From: a bacterium
GTDB taxonomy: Bacteria > Patescibacteriota > Patescibacteriia > UBA9934
NCBI GenBank assembly: GCA_027592325.1
Contig: JAQCKO010000004.1
Span: 192-64,191, forward strand
Reading direction: 5' to 3'
DNA length: 64,000 bases
Shown: one piece after another, positions 52,256-60,793 of the stretch
Numbering within the stretch: the first letter of the stretch is position 1
How the letters are laid out: each line of letters starts with the position of its first letter
Translations under genes and position numbers: made by a program
The notes under the pieces: model-generated
Told to the model about the DNA's origin: nothing
Databases searched by the model: none
What the model saw: the letters and a program-made list of their open reading frames with translations, nothing else

Positions 52256-53203
52256 ATGAATGGAGGGCTCAATATTCCACTTAAAACAAAACCCCGTCAG
52301 CAATTTGCCTGGCGGGTGCTTTTCATAGGAACGATGGGCGTGATTTCACTCTTTATTACACTTACTGCTGTCCACAATCTTCTTTTTTTCCCAGCATTCA
52401 CTGCACCGGAAGATAGTGTCCTTCATTGGGACATTAAGTTAACACGCAAACATCGACGTATTCTTGAAACGTATTCGCACGTTCCGCTCAAGGCAGGTTC
52501 AGGGCGAACACTCAATGATGTACTCGGCGAGAACACGCGTTTTCAACTCCATTTTGACGCAACCGGCGAGCTGATTGCGGACAGTGGAGAGGACACCGAA
52601 CGTATCTGGCAGTATAAACGGCGAGGATTACTCTTTCCATTTCAATTTGGCGCCTATATAAGCGATGAACACCACACAACGGCCGCGCTCATTATCCGAA
52701 ATGACGGCCTGTTCATCCGTGAACAGGGCAGGGAAGCTGTCTTTAGCAAAGATCATGTCTCCATTCCGGAAGAAGGACAGCTGCTCGAAAAAGATGCCTT
52801 CATTCTGCCAATCCGCGCACAGGCCCGCGATCAGCGTATTGAGGAAGCTGTAAATGTGATTGGTCGCATGGGCTTGTCTACGCTAGAGTCGACATTTGAG
52901 AACCATTCCGTCATTGAGCTACGGAGCGAAACACCCGAGATCACCTCGGTACGCATTGGTGATCGCGAAATTTTCACAATAAGCGCCGGAACGACCACGT
53001 ACTATCTTCACGTCGCCGAAGAAGCCTTCCTCACAACCATTCCCAATATAAGTTCAACGTTTGAATACCCTCATCAAGCACAGTGCCGCGGCGAAGCACA
53101 ACCTATTTCCATACAAAGTATCTGGCCGCTAAGAACATTTACCGAAATCATTTCAACCAATCAAGGCACAATGTACTGCTTCGCGCCTGTGGACAAGTTT
53201 TAA
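52256..53203 (+). CDS. hypothetical single-pass membrane protein
   Basis: Start at MNGGLN (ATG 52256, 1 nt after the pnp stop) preferred; one N-terminal TM helix; no family recognised. Confidence 0.4.
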   Translation: MNGGLNIPLKTKPRQQFAWRVLFIGTMGVISLFITLTAVHNLLFFPAFTAPEDSVLHWDIKLTRKHRRILETYSHVPLKAGSGRTLNDVLGENTRFQLHFDATGELIADSGEDTERIWQYKRRGLLFPFQFGAYISDEHHTTAALIIRNDGLFIREQGREAVFSKDHVSIPEEGQLLEKDAFILPIRAQARDQRIEEAVNVIGRMGLSTLESTFENHSVIELRSETPEITSVRIGDREIFTISAGTTTYYLHVAEEAFLTTIPNISSTFEYPHQAQCRGEAQPISIQSIWPLRTFTEIISTNQGTMYCFAPVDKF

Positions 53204-53216
53204 TATCTGTGGATAA
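53188..53216 (+). promoter_or_regulatory. pair of DnaA-box-like 9-mers in direct repeat
   Basis: tgtggacaa (53188-53196) and tgtggataa (53208-53216), 20 nt centre-to-centre, straddling the stop codon of the preceding CDS. Confidence 0.4.
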
Positions 53217-53298
53217 CCTGCGTCGCAGTCGTGGCAACAATGAACACAAGTTATGCACAGTATGCACTTTCGCCCTATAAACAGGATAGAAAAGATTG

Positions 53299-53326
53299 TT
53301 GACATAATGTGTTCAACTGATAGAAT
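53299..53326 (+). promoter_or_regulatory. strong sigma70-like promoter (TTGACA-16-TAGAAT)
   Basis: ttgaca 53299-53304, tagaat 53321-53326. Confidence 0.5.
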
Positions 53327-53334
53327 AGAAGTAC

Positions 53335-53943
53335 GTTCATTCCACAACACCTCTCCAGCAACAGCTGGAACACTCAGGGGAAGTTTCCCGAAACCCCATT
53401 TTCGGGAAGCATCTCATCGCGCTACTGAATGATGATACGCTCCTTGCGTAGGGTTCACCTCACGGAATATCGGAATGTGTCATACGGAGGTAAACTGTGA
53501 TTTGGTAGAGCGAAGAGTCGCAGCGGTTGACGCCGACTATGAGTCGAGTTTTGCAAAGAGTTTTCTCTTTCCAAAACCCGGCTCAAAGGTGCGGTGTCCC
53601 AAAGCAAAGCACGGGGTGCGACCGGCAGGTAGAAAGAGACCATGCCCACGCCGCCCCACAACCGTTACGCTTCGGATACAAGCCAATAGACCGTCAGAAC
53701 GGGTACACGAATCGCGGCTACGCCCAGAACGTGTTACGCACGCTACTTGTTACTGACCGCTCGGTTACAAGTTATATTGTGCTCCGAACAATTGACGCAC
53801 CTTCGAACACGCGCCCTTTGGCGCAGAACAGAGCCAGTTTCGCTCCTATTTTATACCAAGGACGTCTCTCGCGACCCTTGCCAGGTCGCTCACTCCAGGG
53901 TACAGTACCTCTACCAGAGTAGGGAAACTGTACCCTGCTTTTA
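53335..53943 (+). ncRNA. candidate roughly 600-nt structured leader or ncRNA (identity unknown)
   Basis: No credible ORF between promoter and terminator; GC-rich with hairpins (e.g. cccgaaa ... tttcggg at about 53385-53410); ends in a strong intrinsic terminator 13 nt before the next CDS. Confidence 0.3.
53896..53943 (+). terminator. rho-independent terminator (11-bp stem) immediately before the dksA-like gene
   Basis: cagggtacagt ... actgtaccctg followed by ctttt. Confidence 0.65.
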
Positions 53944-53955
53944 ATTGCACCCTAT

Positions 53956-54300
53956 ATGCGAAAGGAATTTATTGAAGAGATGAAAACAGTCCTTCAAGAT
54001 GAACAAAAGCGCCTAATGCACGCCCTAAAAAACAGTACGGCTGGAGGGAAATTTCCCGAATACGGCGACGATGAAGACGAGAATGCAAATGAAATTGCAG
54101 ATTTCACAAATAACTTGTCTGTAGATAGCCAGCTAGCAAAAGAGCTCCGGGACATTCGCTCGGCCCTCAGTCGCATTGATGATGGCACATATGGAATCGA
54201 CAAATATACAGGTGAAGAAATCGAAGAAGATCGTCTGCGTGCACGACCAACATCAACCTCTTCTGTTGCGAGTAAAAAAACCCTTACACAAGAATTTTAA
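53956..54300 (+). CDS. DksA/TraR-family protein lacking the C4 zinc-finger cysteines
   Basis: Coiled-coil N-terminus plus ...RIDDGTYGIDKYTGEEIEEDRLRARP, where the usual CxxC pairs are replaced. Confidence 0.5.
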   Translation: MRKEFIEEMKTVLQDEQKRLMHALKNSTAGGKFPEYGDDEDENANEIADFTNNLSVDSQLAKELRDIRSALSRIDDGTYGIDKYTGEEIEEDRLRARPTSTSSVASKKTLTQEF

Positions 54301-54717
54301 ATGCGTACGCTGTATTTCGTGAGCGCCCTTGCGGGAGCAATCGACGTTGTTCTTAAATATCACTACGCAAAAACCCTTACACCTCATGTGAGGGTTTTTG
54401 ACACCTATCCTTTTGATCTCACGCTCCATTTTAACGAGGGTATTGCGTTTAACATTCCCGTGCCACTGCTACTGACGGTACTTGCGAGCGTGGCCATTGT
54501 CATTCTAATACTCCCTTCTCTTACAAAACCGGGTGCATCAGCATACACCTTCACCGCTCTTGTTGGCATTCTTGGAAACGCATTCGATCGTGCATGGGAT
54601 GGCGCTGTCACAGATTATCTTCTTTTCTTTACCGGAAGTGTATTCAATATTTCCGATATTCTTATCCTACTTGGCATAATTGGCATCCTCATGTACGCTG
54701 AGTATGTGAAGGACTAA
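54301..54717 (+). CDS. lspA: lipoprotein signal peptidase II
   Basis: Four TM helices; NEGIAFN and GNAFDR ... VTDYL conserved LspA blocks. Confidence 0.8.
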   Translation: MRTLYFVSALAGAIDVVLKYHYAKTLTPHVRVFDTYPFDLTLHFNEGIAFNIPVPLLLTVLASVAIVILILPSLTKPGASAYTFTALVGILGNAFDRAWDGAVTDYLLFFTGSVFNISDILILLGIIGILMYAEYVKD

Positions 54718-54738
54718 TAAGCGCTCCCTATATGTCTT

Positions 54739-56250
54739 ATGGGATCGTTTTTTTGTTACTCGTTTGCTATTCAAGGAATTGATGCAATTCCTATTCTTGT
54801 TGAAACCGATATTAGCAATGGCTTCCCCGGCTTTCATATTGTTGGCCTGCCTGACGCCGCTGTATCTGAGGCGAGGGATCGTATTCGGAGTGCATTTCGT
54901 AACAGTGGACTTGAATTTCCGCGCACGAAAGTGACGGTGAATTTAGCACCGGCCTCTATAAAAAAACAGGGAGCAATGTACGATCTTCCTATAGCGCTCT
55001 CAATTCTCGGTGCAAGCGGTCAACTTCAAAACGAAACCGTTCGTCAAATGATCTGCGCCGGTGAACTCACACTTCGAGGTGCTATACGCCCATCAGAACG
55101 ACCACTGTTTGCCGCAGAAGCAGCGCGCAACCCGGTTTTTTGCGGATTAACTCTCGCCATTGAAGACGCACACATAGCCACGCATGCCATCGATGACCCC
55201 ATCTATTCTGCCGGAACGCTTTCTGAGCTTCTGTCTGCATTAAACCAAGGTGAACCGCGCAAAAAAATACGGCTGCCCAATGACATATCCATCCCGTACG
55301 AATGCGATATGCGTGATGTAAAGGGTCAGGAATTTGCAAAGCGCGCAAGTATGATTGCGGCAGCAGGCGGTCACAATATGCTCCTTTCTGGTCCTCCTGG
55401 AAGCGGAAAAACCCTGCTTGCTCGCACAATTCCGTCTATTCTTCCGCCACTTACACAAGGCGAGTCAATAGAAGTGACAAAAATTCACTCCCTCCGATCA
55501 TCATCTCATGTACTGATGCAGCAGCGACCATTTCGGGCGCCGCATCATACAAGCTCACATACAGCACTCGTCGGGGGAGGCAGCACGCCCAAGCCAGGCG
55601 AGGTAACATTCGCTCATCGCGGGATATTATTCCTCGATGAATTTCCTGAGTTTTCACGCAAGACGATTGAAAACCTTCGCCAACCACTGGAAGACAGGGA
55701 AGTAACCATATCTCGTGCAAGTACGTCTATTTCATTTCCGGCTTCTTTTTTACTCATTGCATCTATGAATCCCTGTCCTTGTGGATTCTCAACGGACCCA
55801 CATCACCCGTGTACCTGCACACAAACTGAGCTCACGCGATATGAGCGAAAGATCTCTGGACCTATTCTAGATCGAATCGATTTGCATATCGATATGCCAC
55901 GCGTCGAAACGGAAAAGCTTATGGAGCTTCCTGCCGGGAGAAGTTCGGAAGAATTGCGGGAAGATGTTGTGCGCGCCAGGGCAAGGCAAGAACAGCGATT
56001 TGGGTCTTCTTCAGGAAACACAAATAGCGAAATGACGGGAAATATGATTGAACGGTTCGCACAAATGAGCAAGGACGCACGAGAACTCCTTCAAGAAGCG
56101 GCTGAGGCGTATAAATACTCGGCGCGGCGATTCACGCGCACGATGAAAGTCGCACGCACCATTGCCGACCTCGCAGATTCAGACGCGATCGAAAGTGCTC
56201 ACCTCGCCGAGGCCCTCCAATATCGCGCAAAACCAAAAACGAGCGTTTAG
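54739..56250 (+). CDS. Mg-chelatase-like AAA+ ATPase YifB/ComM
   Basis: N-terminal Lon-protease-like domain (FPGFHIVGLPDAAVSEARDRIRSAF), Walker A LLSGPPGSGKTLLAR and a C-terminal helical domain. Confidence 0.85.
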   Translation: MGSFFCYSFAIQGIDAIPILVETDISNGFPGFHIVGLPDAAVSEARDRIRSAFRNSGLEFPRTKVTVNLAPASIKKQGAMYDLPIALSILGASGQLQNETVRQMICAGELTLRGAIRPSERPLFAAEAARNPVFCGLTLAIEDAHIATHAIDDPIYSAGTLSELLSALNQGEPRKKIRLPNDISIPYECDMRDVKGQEFAKRASMIAAAGGHNMLLSGPPGSGKTLLARTIPSILPPLTQGESIEVTKIHSLRSSSHVLMQQRPFRAPHHTSSHTALVGGGSTPKPGEVTFAHRGILFLDEFPEFSRKTIENLRQPLEDREVTISRASTSISFPASFLLIASMNPCPCGFSTDPHHPCTCTQTELTRYERKISGPILDRIDLHIDMPRVETEKLMELPAGRSSEELREDVVRARARQEQRFGSSSGNTNSEMTGNMIERFAQMSKDARELLQEAAEAYKYSARRFTRTMKVARTIADLADSDAIESAHLAEALQYRAKPKTSV

Positions 56251-56269
56251 GCTCGTTTTTGTGGGGGAG

Positions 56270-56818
56270 CTAAGCTCCAAATTTCGCGTCGTAGGCTTTT
56301 AGACATTCTTCAATGAAGGCATGTGCGGCTTCTGGGCCTTTGAATTCTCCTACCTTTACCGTGTCACGTCCTGTTTGTGGAATCTTATACGTTTCAAAGA
56401 AGGTTTTAATGTCTTTCTTTTGATACTCTGTCAGGTCATCAACCGTCTTCACGTGGTCAAAGCGTGGATCTTTCTTCGCAACGCAGAGCACTTTGTGGTC
56501 CACTTCGCCATTATCATCCATTTCCATAATCCCTATCACGCGGCCTTTTGCGAGCGTTCCCGGGTGTACAGGGAAACTGCTAAAGAGCATGACATCAAGC
56601 GGATCGTTATCACCTTCATTCCAGGTACCGGGTACATCGCAGTAGTTTACCGGGTAGACATTCGGCCCGTAGAGCACGCGGTCGAGCACGAGCGCGCCAA
56701 GATCTTTGTCGAATTCGTATTTATTTGCACATCCTTCAGGAATTTCAACAAGCACCATGAGTTCTTCTGGCGCGTTTTCCTGTTTGATCCGATGAAAAAG
56801 AGAATAGTGATTGTCCAT
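56270..56818 (-). CDS. ppa: inorganic pyrophosphatase
   Basis: ...DPLDVMLF ... family I PPase signature; 182 aa. Confidence 0.9.
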   Translation of the reverse strand: MDNHYSLFHRIKQENAPEELMVLVEIPEGCANKYEFDKDLGALVLDRVLYGPNVYPVNYCDVPGTWNEGDNDPLDVMLFSSFPVHPGTLAKGRVIGIMEMDDNGEVDHKVLCVAKKDPRFDHVKTVDDLTEYQKKDIKTFFETYKIPQTGRDTVKVGEFKGPEAAHAFIEECLKAYDAKFGA

Positions 56819-56867
56819 AATTGCGGTTAGATGAGTCTAGATTAGCGGTGAGGTCGTTGTACGTCAA

Positions 56868-58058
56868 CTAACGCACGTATTCAAGCGGATTTTGGAAGCG
56901 TCCTCCAACAACAACCTCGAAGTGAAGATGCGTTCCTGTAGACCGTCCCGTTGTTCCGCAGCGCCCAATGGCCTGACCTTTCGACACCGACTGTCCAGCG
57001 GTCACATACATTGATGCGTGATGGCCGTAACGTGTCGTCATGCCGTTTCCATGATTAATTTCAACGGTGTATCCATAGCCACCTTTCCATCCGGCGAATT
57101 GTACGACACCGTCATCGGCTGCGTAGTTATCATTCGTAAAGTGACAATCAATGTCGATTCCTGTGTGCGTCCACCCATAGTACTGCGTAATGAGCCGAAG
57201 ATCCGTTGGCCACACCATTCCTCGCGCTGCCGATACTTGTGGTGCGCTCGTGACGGGTGCAGGTGTAAAGACATTCGACACCGAAGCTGGACGAGAGACA
57301 GGAGCCGGGGCTGAAACTGTCCCCCCAGGAATAATTAAGCTCTCTCCAACGACAATATCTTCCGCACTCGCGAGTGCATTATAACGAACAATTTCCACTT
57401 CTTCGACATCATACTTCTTTGCAAGCGAACCTACGGTATCACCGCGTGCCACTTCGTGCTGAACACCAGATGTTGGTAAAATGACAAGTTCAAGCCCTGG
57501 CTTAATCGTAGATCGAACGGTTAAATCATTCGCCCAAAGAAGCGTGTTAAGAGAGATACTAAATCGCTCCGCAATGGTTGACGTCGTGTCTCCTTCTGCA
57601 ACGACATAAGTGAAAATATTGGTTCGAATATCTTGACTAATGGCATTGCCGGGCGCAATAAGCGTCCCGCGAGAAAACTCTTCAAACGAAAATACCGGCA
57701 GATCAATCCCTTGCGCCATCGCGGTAAGAGATGTTTGCGGAGCATATTGTATAGGGACAGATGGAACAAAGTTTTCCCGTACTGCAACCTCTTCAATAAC
57801 ACTGAGCCCCTCGCTCGCGACCAGTGCATAAAGATGACTTTTGTCACCAAATGTTTCGGCGCGTACACCTTCTGTCTGCACGTTCAAAATCACAACAAAC
57901 GCCACCAGCACACCGACTACAACATGGATAGCAAAACGATTTGCTGTAAGCGCCATTAACCGATTCTTTGCAGGGCCCAAAAAACGATCTAGGCGTTTTT
58001 TAAAGCGATAGATAAGACGATACACGGGAACAATAACGGTCAGGATTCCTTTGAGCAC
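56868..58058 (-). CDS. membrane-anchored M23 peptidase with LysM domains
   Basis: TM helix; two LysM-like repeats (YVVAEGDTTSTIAERFSISLNTLLWAN; HEVARGDTVGSLAKKYDV); C-terminal M23 motifs HTGIDID ... HLHFEV. Confidence 0.8.
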   Translation of the reverse strand: MLKGILTVIVPVYRLIYRFKKRLDRFLGPAKNRLMALTANRFAIHVVVGVLVAFVVILNVQTEGVRAETFGDKSHLYALVASEGLSVIEEVAVRENFVPSVPIQYAPQTSLTAMAQGIDLPVFSFEEFSRGTLIAPGNAISQDIRTNIFTYVVAEGDTTSTIAERFSISLNTLLWANDLTVRSTIKPGLELVILPTSGVQHEVARGDTVGSLAKKYDVEEVEIVRYNALASAEDIVVGESLIIPGGTVSAPAPVSRPASVSNVFTPAPVTSAPQVSAARGMVWPTDLRLITQYYGWTHTGIDIDCHFTNDNYAADDGVVQFAGWKGGYGYTVEINHGNGMTTRYGHHASMYVTAGQSVSKGQAIGRCGTTGRSTGTHLHFEVVVGGRFQNPLEYVR

Positions 58059-58311
58059 GTTCTTAAAGATCCGTGATGTGGGGCGAAAAACAAGAACAAG
58101 TACACGCTTTAGCCCGATGAGTGCATGTATGAATCTAAGCCCTATCCATGTAGCCAGACGTTTGATTGTGCTGTTTGCCGAAATAGAGAGAATTTAGCCT
58201 AAACGGTAGCGCGAGCAGAGCCATTTGTCAACTGCAAAATCAGCAAGTATCTCGCTCGAAAACCACGTCTACATTGACAAAATTGGTTGTGACAGCTAGT
58301 CTTCTGCCATT

Positions 58312-59595
58312 ATGGCGCATACAATCGACACAAAAGACAATAAAGCAACGCTTACGATCACCATTCCTCAGGACGCCGTTCTCGCAGGAATGCAAAAAGC
58401 GGCGCAAGAACTTTCAAAAGATGTAAAAATCCCTGGATTCCGTCCAGGGAAGGCTGACTATAGCGCGCTAAAGCAGCGCTTTGGGGAAATGGCGATTCTC
58501 GAAGCTGCGGTAGAGCCGCTCATTCGTCAGCATTTTTCTGCAGTGATGCTGGAAGAAAACCTCGAAACGGTAGGACAACCTTATTTTAATGTTGAAAAAA
58601 TGGCGCCCGGGAATGACCTTGTGTTTACAGCGGAGATTGCCCTGTATCCAAAAATCACCAAGCTTGCTGATATCAAGAAGATCAAGGTTAAGCGCGAAAA
58701 AGCTGAAGCAACGGAAGAAGATATTGAGACCGCTCTTCGTGATCTCACACGCATGCAAACAAAAGAAGTCCGCCGCAATTCAGATTCCGTGATTGAAGAG
58801 GGTGATAAGGCCGTTGTGAACCTTATCATGAAGGAGGGAGCTGTTGTTCTTGAAGGCGGAGAAGGCCGTGATCACGGGGTATATACAGGGGAAGAGCATT
58901 ATATTCCTGGGTTCGTGCAGGAAATCATCGGCTTAAAAGAAGGGGATAAAAAGACATTCGATTTAGCATTCCCAAAAGATCATTATCAGAGCTTTCTTGC
59001 CGGCAAGAACATCACCTTTGAAGTAGAGATTAAAGAGATTTTCGAGCTACAGTCGCCAGAAATTGATGCTGCGTTTGCAAAAGGACTTGGATTCGACGGG
59101 AAAGACAAGCTTGAAGCAGCAATTAGGGAGAATATCGGAGCAGAAAAGAAGATGAAAGAAGCGCAGCGATTTGAAAAAGAGGCGCTCGATGCTCTTTGTG
59201 AGAAAACAAAATTCGAGACGATTCCTGATCTTTTGATTAATCAAGAGATAGAGAAGATGATTGAGGAATTAACGCATCATCTTGAGGGGCAGGGCCTCGA
59301 CTTTGAGAGCTATTTGAAGCAAATTGGAAAGACGCTTGCGGAATTGAAGCTCGACATGACCAAAGGAGCAAAGCGGCGTATTGAAGTTGGGATTATCATT
59401 AGCCATATTGCGAAAGAGGATGGGATTACGGCTGATGAGAACGCTATTGACGAAGAGCTCGATAAGATGGCTGAGCATTACAAAGACAATAAAGACATGC
59501 AAAAACGCATTTACGAACCGGTGTTCCGAGACTATGTGGAGCGGCAACTGACGCAGAAAAAGACCGTTGAGTATCTTCTTCAAAACATCGCCTAA
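58312..59595 (+). CDS. tig: trigger factor
   Basis: 427 aa; N-terminal ribosome-binding domain (GFRPGK motif), PPIase-like middle and C-terminal helical arm. Confidence 0.9.
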   Translation: MAHTIDTKDNKATLTITIPQDAVLAGMQKAAQELSKDVKIPGFRPGKADYSALKQRFGEMAILEAAVEPLIRQHFSAVMLEENLETVGQPYFNVEKMAPGNDLVFTAEIALYPKITKLADIKKIKVKREKAEATEEDIETALRDLTRMQTKEVRRNSDSVIEEGDKAVVNLIMKEGAVVLEGGEGRDHGVYTGEEHYIPGFVQEIIGLKEGDKKTFDLAFPKDHYQSFLAGKNITFEVEIKEIFELQSPEIDAAFAKGLGFDGKDKLEAAIRENIGAEKKMKEAQRFEKEALDALCEKTKFETIPDLLINQEIEKMIEELTHHLEGQGLDFESYLKQIGKTLAELKLDMTKGAKRRIEVGIIISHIAKEDGITADENAIDEELDKMAEHYKDNKDMQKRIYEPVFRDYVERQLTQKKTVEYLLQNIA

Positions 59596-59602
59596 ATAAA
59601 AA

Positions 59603-59625
59603 TGCCCCGAAAGGGGTGTTTTTGG
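59603..59625 (+). terminator. rho-independent terminator after tig
   Basis: gcccc-gaaa-ggggtg followed by ttttt. Confidence 0.7.
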
Positions 59626-59638
59626 TAACCTGATCACA

Positions 59639-59896
59639 ATGCTCCTCACCATACTTGTAAAACCAAATAGTCATCAAACGAAAATCGTCGGGTGGCGCGA
59701 TCGATCAACTGTTGTGATTGCGGTTTGCGAACCGGCCGTCGACGGCAAGGCAAATCGGGCATTGATTCTATTTCTTGCAAAAAGACTCAATCTCCCGAAA
59801 TCGCGTGTTGAAATCAGGCGCGGACAAAGCGGACGCGTAAAACACGTGCACCTTCCCGACGACGCCAACTTACGGCTTATCGATCCCGCCCGCTGA
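59639..59896 (+). CDS. DUF167/YggU-family protein
   Basis: LTILVKPNSHQTKIVGW ... RLNLPKSRVEIRRGQSGRVKHVHL pattern of UPF0235. Confidence 0.65.
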   Translation: MLLTILVKPNSHQTKIVGWRDRSTVVIAVCEPAVDGKANRALILFLAKRLNLPKSRVEIRRGQSGRVKHVHLPDDANLRLIDPAR

Positions 59897-60109
59897 CCAG
59901 GGATTACAACGAACAATACGCCACAATCCCATCAAATAGCCGCGCACGATGCCACGCTTTAGCACCGCGCGGCAGGTATATTCTGAACAACTGGGGTGAA
60001 AGCGGCAATACCCATAAGGATACAATGCCTTCATGGGCCCATGATCAGGCGAAAGCGTCTTTTGATACAGACGAATCGGCAGAATGGCAAATCTTCTAAA
60101 GAGACTCAT
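59870..60109 (-). CDS. yidD: membrane protein insertion efficiency factor YidD
   Basis: ...YGYCRFHPSCSEYTCRAVLKRGIVRGYLMGLWRIVRCNPWSAGGIDKP. Confidence 0.85.
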   Translation of the reverse strand: MSLFRRFAILPIRLYQKTLSPDHGPMKALYPYGYCRFHPSCSEYTCRAVLKRGIVRGYLMGLWRIVRCNPWSAGGIDKP

Positions 60110-60443
60110 AAAGCCCCGCTTTTTTCACGACATGCAAAAATTTTGTGCGTAACTCTTCATATGAGCTATCGAGTGCCGGCTTTGAAACGAGAAGCATGAC
60201 ATCGTATCCGCCGACCAATCGCGGCAACATTTCGCGCAGCAGAGCGCGGTACTGTCGCTTCAACCTGTTCCGTACAACAGCTTTTTTGCTGACTTTTAAC
60301 CCAACAACCACGGCAAAACGCGAAACTTTTAGCCCGTTTTTACGAAATTTAATGCCGCAAACGGGGTCAAAGGAACTTTTCCCCTGTTTATACACAAGCT
60401 CAATGTCTTGTGTTTTTTTTAGTCGATATCCGTGTGAAAGCAT
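60096..60443 (-). CDS. rnpA: RNase P protein component
   Basis: About 115-aa C-terminal part of ORF 60096..60683 starting MLSHGYRLKK ... with the RNR-like KAVVRNRLKRQYR motif; rpmH-rnpA-yidD synteny; upstream part of the ORF-track ORF is a spurious extension. Confidence 0.75.
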   Translation of the reverse strand: MLSHGYRLKKTQDIELVYKQGKSSFDPVCGIKFRKNGLKVSRFAVVVGLKVSKKAVVRNRLKRQYRALLREMLPRLVGGYDVMLLVSKPALDSSYEELRTKFLHVVKKAGLYESL

Positions 60444-60484
60444 AAGGAGAGTATACAAGAACAAGGCCCGGAAGGCCTTGTTCT

Positions 60485-60637
60485 TTATCGTGGGCGAGCC
60501 GCGACCGCAAGACGCTTTCGTCCTTTGAGTCGCCGGCGCTTGAGAAGCGCGCGTCCAGCTGCCTTTCGCATGCGTGCGCGGAAACCGTGCTTGCGTGCGC
60601 GTCGCCGTTTTTTTGGCTGATAGGTGCGCTTTGGCAT
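60485..60637 (-). CDS. rpmH: 50S ribosomal protein L34
   Basis: Minus-strand translation [50 protein letters not shown]; not in the ORF track (50 aa, overlapped by the spurious extension of the rnpA ORF). Confidence 0.85.
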   Translation of the reverse strand: MPKRTYQPKKRRRARKHGFRARMRKAAGRALLKRRRLKGRKRLAVAARPR

Positions 60638-60793
60638 AGTTCTGAGTTAATTTGCCTAAACAAAAGTGAGACGAGCGTAGCACACAGGATCTTTTCCGTC
60701 AAGCGACACGCAATTCTATTTACAATACTTGTAGGCTGTGGATATGTAGGTTAAACTGAGGCTAGTTTTGTCTTATTAGCTCATGCATTTCTT

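Noticed and set aside
53527-53922. 131-aa ORF inside the untranslated region
   Set aside because: Arg/Pro-rich composition typical of a random frame in GC-rich DNA. No start context. It lies between a promoter and a terminator that make more sense as an RNA element.
53335-53943. Possible RNase P RNA, tmRNA, SRP RNA or 6S RNA in the promoter-to-terminator untranslated region
   Set aside because: I could not find the P4 helix consensus (GGAAAGTCCGG / ACAGAA.CCGGCTTA), a tRNA-like 3' end with CTCCACCA, or the SRP domain IV motif. Only loose partial resemblances (ggtaaactg; cagaac ... cggcta) were seen. It is kept only as an unnamed candidate.
60096-60683. 195-aa ORF-track call treated as a single gene
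   Set aside because: Only the C-terminal 115 aa resemble RnpA. The N-terminal extension overlaps, in another frame, a perfect L34 (rpmH) coding sequence at 60485-60637.
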